Positions 62,901 through 64,000 of a stretch of DNA of 64,000 bases are shown here, one piece after another. The DNA comes from a virus (taxonomy: Duplodnaviria; Heunggongvirae; Uroviricota; Caudoviricetes): IMG/VR virus record IMGVR_UViG_2814123389_000006, positions 1-64,000 of that record. One strand, given 5' to 3'. Position 1 is the first letter of the stretch. Each line of letters starts with the position of its first letter. Made by a program: the position numbers and the translations under genes. The notes beneath the pieces are model-generated. The model saw only the letters and a list, made by a program, of their open reading frames with translations. It searched no databases and was not told where the DNA came from.

Positions 62901-64000
62901 AAAACCGAGCTGACCGTCCAGGTCGACGAGGCCCGCTACGTCGACCTCAAGTCCAAGCTCGAAGAGGCCGGCAACACCGTGACCCGGCTGCCCGGCGTCG
63001 CGGGCGGCCCCGCGGTCATGAAGGTCGAGGCCAACACCGATCTGGCCAAATCCGACCTGGCCAACCTGCTGAACCAAATCCAGGCCGCCAAGCCGGAGAT
63101 GGACGTCGCGGTCAAGTTCAAGACCCCCGACGGCCAGGTCATCGACCCGGCCCAGTTCCGCACCCCCGGCCGGATGCCGGCATTCCCCGGCGACACCACC
63201 GTGCCCAAGGGTGGCCGCGCCCGAGGCGGCCGCGTCGACCCCACGGGCCGAATCTGGGGCCCGGGATCCGGGACGTCGGACTCGATCCTGGCGCGCATCC
63301 TCGGCACCGACGGCGCGATCGCCGTCAGCAACGGGGAGTCGATCAATACCGAGCGGTCCACCCGCGCTAACTGGCCGGTGATCGACGCGATGAACAAGGG
63401 CGCCGACCTGAGCCGGTGGTTCCACAGCCTTCCCGGCTACAAGAACGGCGGCGTGCTCGGCGACGCCGGCGGCCTGCTGCCGTTCACACGGCAACTTCGG
63501 GACCTGACGCTGGACACCTGGCCGCAGATCAGTGAAATCGGCGGCTACCGCTCACCGGACGGCTACAACGAGCACAGCTCCGGTCGGGCGCTGGACGTGA
63601 TGATCCCGAACTGGGATTCGCCGCGCGGCCGGGCGCTGGGAGACCAGATCGCGCAGTGGGCGTTGTCGATTCCCGGTGTCGATCGGGTGATGTGGCAGCA
63701 GTCGATCATCCGCCCCGGCGGGCAGGTCGAACCGATCCCGGATCGCGGGTCGCCGACGGCGAATCACATGGATCACGTCCACATCTTCACCGACCAGATG
63801 CCGTCGGGCTCTGTGCCGTCCGCGTCGATGCCGATGGGTGGTGGCTACGGGCTCAGCAGCAGCGGCGGTGGATACGGCGGCGGGGGTGGGACACCGGCGC
63901 AGCAACGGCAGCTCCGCGACGCCAACCAGAAGGTGCAGGACAAGGCCGACGCCGTCGACGAGGCGAGGCGTGAGCGTGACGCCGCCAACGCCGACCCGAA
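59898..64000 (+). CDS. Tape measure protein (3' truncated by window end) with embedded peptidase M15-like motifs
   Basis: RBS GAAAGGAGGA precedes ATG 59898. Long open frame running off the window (not in track). Ala/Gly-rich repeats. Motifs NEHSSGRALDV and HMDHVH near 63560-63790 resemble VanY/M15 zinc peptidase H-x6-D and HxH. Confidence 0.75.
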   Translation, partial: MTSVELAQVWVPLMPEASRLAQGVNKIAGDAEKRFGKAGSTMGASLAKGVDTSARKAVDTLKLIEKHTVSVEKANKANADAIGRVEVAHKKLAQVTANAKSTDLQRTSAAEAYKRAQRAQELQANNLTRATKDLTNAEKAHAAAQRQLSRGTGPVMSFKPSVLTESEQFGTDSGNRFSAGFRRALGAGAALAVGGGFVAGVKKVIDAGLSYESALNTLQGVTRASGSEMAVASQRARELGTDTQLAGVSAQDAAIAMAELAKGGFTLDEAMRGVRGTLQLATAAQINAGEAAKIQASTMKAFQLDPGQAENVADMLANVANASVGDIPDFAYGLQMAGSVAHGFGLSVQDTVAALGMFANAGIKGSDAGTLMKTSMQAITDQGNPAQGAIEQLGLQLYDAQGKFVGYSSMLTQVAEASGRMSEQQFQAATNVLFGSDAMRASMIAANGGAEAFREMWSAVGRPGGAAEMARAQMQGLPGVVENIKNTAEGAKLAVYDLLRPSAISAGTGLKGLLDDVATGLTSIKDGTASGAWLQISEGWRDISGAAKDLAPAASAAVKALATGAGATLVVGWRALGAALQMLEPPLELIANILSNPVVSTGLVAGLGLLYAKSKLLPPVLRGVENTTSAVSRVMSELRGPLRNVVDESTGLVTQTGLLSRANEGTLGPLGQMRVAYLEGAKQASEFGRSQKLNTDFARGLREQMVSQLGPWGRFKTTVADSTNRLQSMSTVMGTLRSAQSGLSSAAGGLMSALGGPWGVAIMGATTAIGLLGAAHANAAQKAAEQKQREKELQETLDETTGRVTEATRAKVKDQLQSEDKYGTTDFGRAASYGIDKSLLIDAATGTGDKDAYERIRKAALERGVLPGLQAIDEVGAGGVQINWASLEKQLSSVGVTTDELNNALLKQGTAWDDVTAKLQKLPPGSDGARLSLQNLIDWMPTSSESIITLTQNLNGLRNTFDDGANKAKEGTEALNGQWVASEALKQKYSELGAQIVAVPTKTELTVQVDEARYVDLKSKLEEAGNTVTRLPGVAGGPAVMKVEANTDLAKSDLANLLNQIQAAKPEMDVAVKFKTPDGQVIDPAQFRTPGRMPAFPGDTTVPKGGRARGGRVDPTGRIWGPGSGTSDSILARILGTDGAIAVSNGESINTERSTRANWPVIDAMNKGADLSRWFHSLPGYKNGGVLGDAGGLLPFTRQLRDLTLDTWPQISEIGGYRSPDGYNEHSSGRALDVMIPNWDSPRGRALGDQIAQWALSIPGVDRVMWQQSIIRPGGQVEPIPDRGSPTANHMDHVHIFTDQMPSGSVPSASMPMGGGYGLSSSGGGYGGGGGTPAQQRQLRDANQKVQDKADAVDEARRERDAANADP

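Noticed and set aside
1-64000. Integrase, attL/attR and host flanking genes
   Set aside because: No tyrosine or serine recombinase signature and no obvious att-like tRNA 3' fragment were seen. The prophage appears to continue beyond both window ends.

Overview
High-GC (about 65-68%) actinobacterial (Mycobacterium/Gordonia-like) temperate siphovirus genome, most plausibly a prophage segment lying after the integrase. Genes are almost all on the + strand and tightly packed; adjacent genes very often overlap by ATGA/GTGA, and the six-frame track was re-read with this in mind to set starts and recover sub-threshold mini-ORFs. Order: (i) cI/Cro-like divergent HTH switch plus antirepressor (1-1720); (ii) early/replication/recombination genes: DnaQ-like exonuclease, HNH endonuclease, RecE-like exonuclease plus RecT, SPFH protein, ParB-like nuclease domain (2-13 kb); (iii) DNA-modification block: C5-cytosine MTase, Dam-like N6A MTase, Gp37/Gp68 (DUF5131), then PD-(D/E)XK protein, an ori-like iteron tract, RusA, DUF1508, metallophosphatase, SpoU/TrmH RNA methyltransferase (13-31 kb); (iv) a mosaic accessory island (about 31-45 kb): NARP1-like NAD+ reconstitution pair (PRPP-synthetase-like plus NAMPT-like), two excisionase-type HTH genes with a leaderless promoter and palindromic operator, HicAB toxin-antitoxin with its own promoter, a tandem array of five Y-RNA-like ncRNAs (three with permuted tRNA-like modules) upstream of a Ro60/TROVE-vWA protein, and then minus-strand morons: a DUF3800 protein and a WXG100-type polymorphic toxin with immunity and partner genes, followed by a family of tandem small Cys-rich genes; (v) late region: QueC-like PP-loop ATPase, HNH endonuclease, GC-rich cos-like noncoding region, ParB-MTase fusion, TerS, TerL, portal, prohead protease, HK97-type capsid, head-tail genes, major tail, G/G-T chaperones with a -1 frameshift, and a tape-measure protein truncated by the window end. 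No canonical tRNA, CRISPR array, integrase or att site was found. Many long high-GC antisense ORFs in the track are judged spurious. Coordinates not cross-validated against track ORF ends may be off by a few nt.
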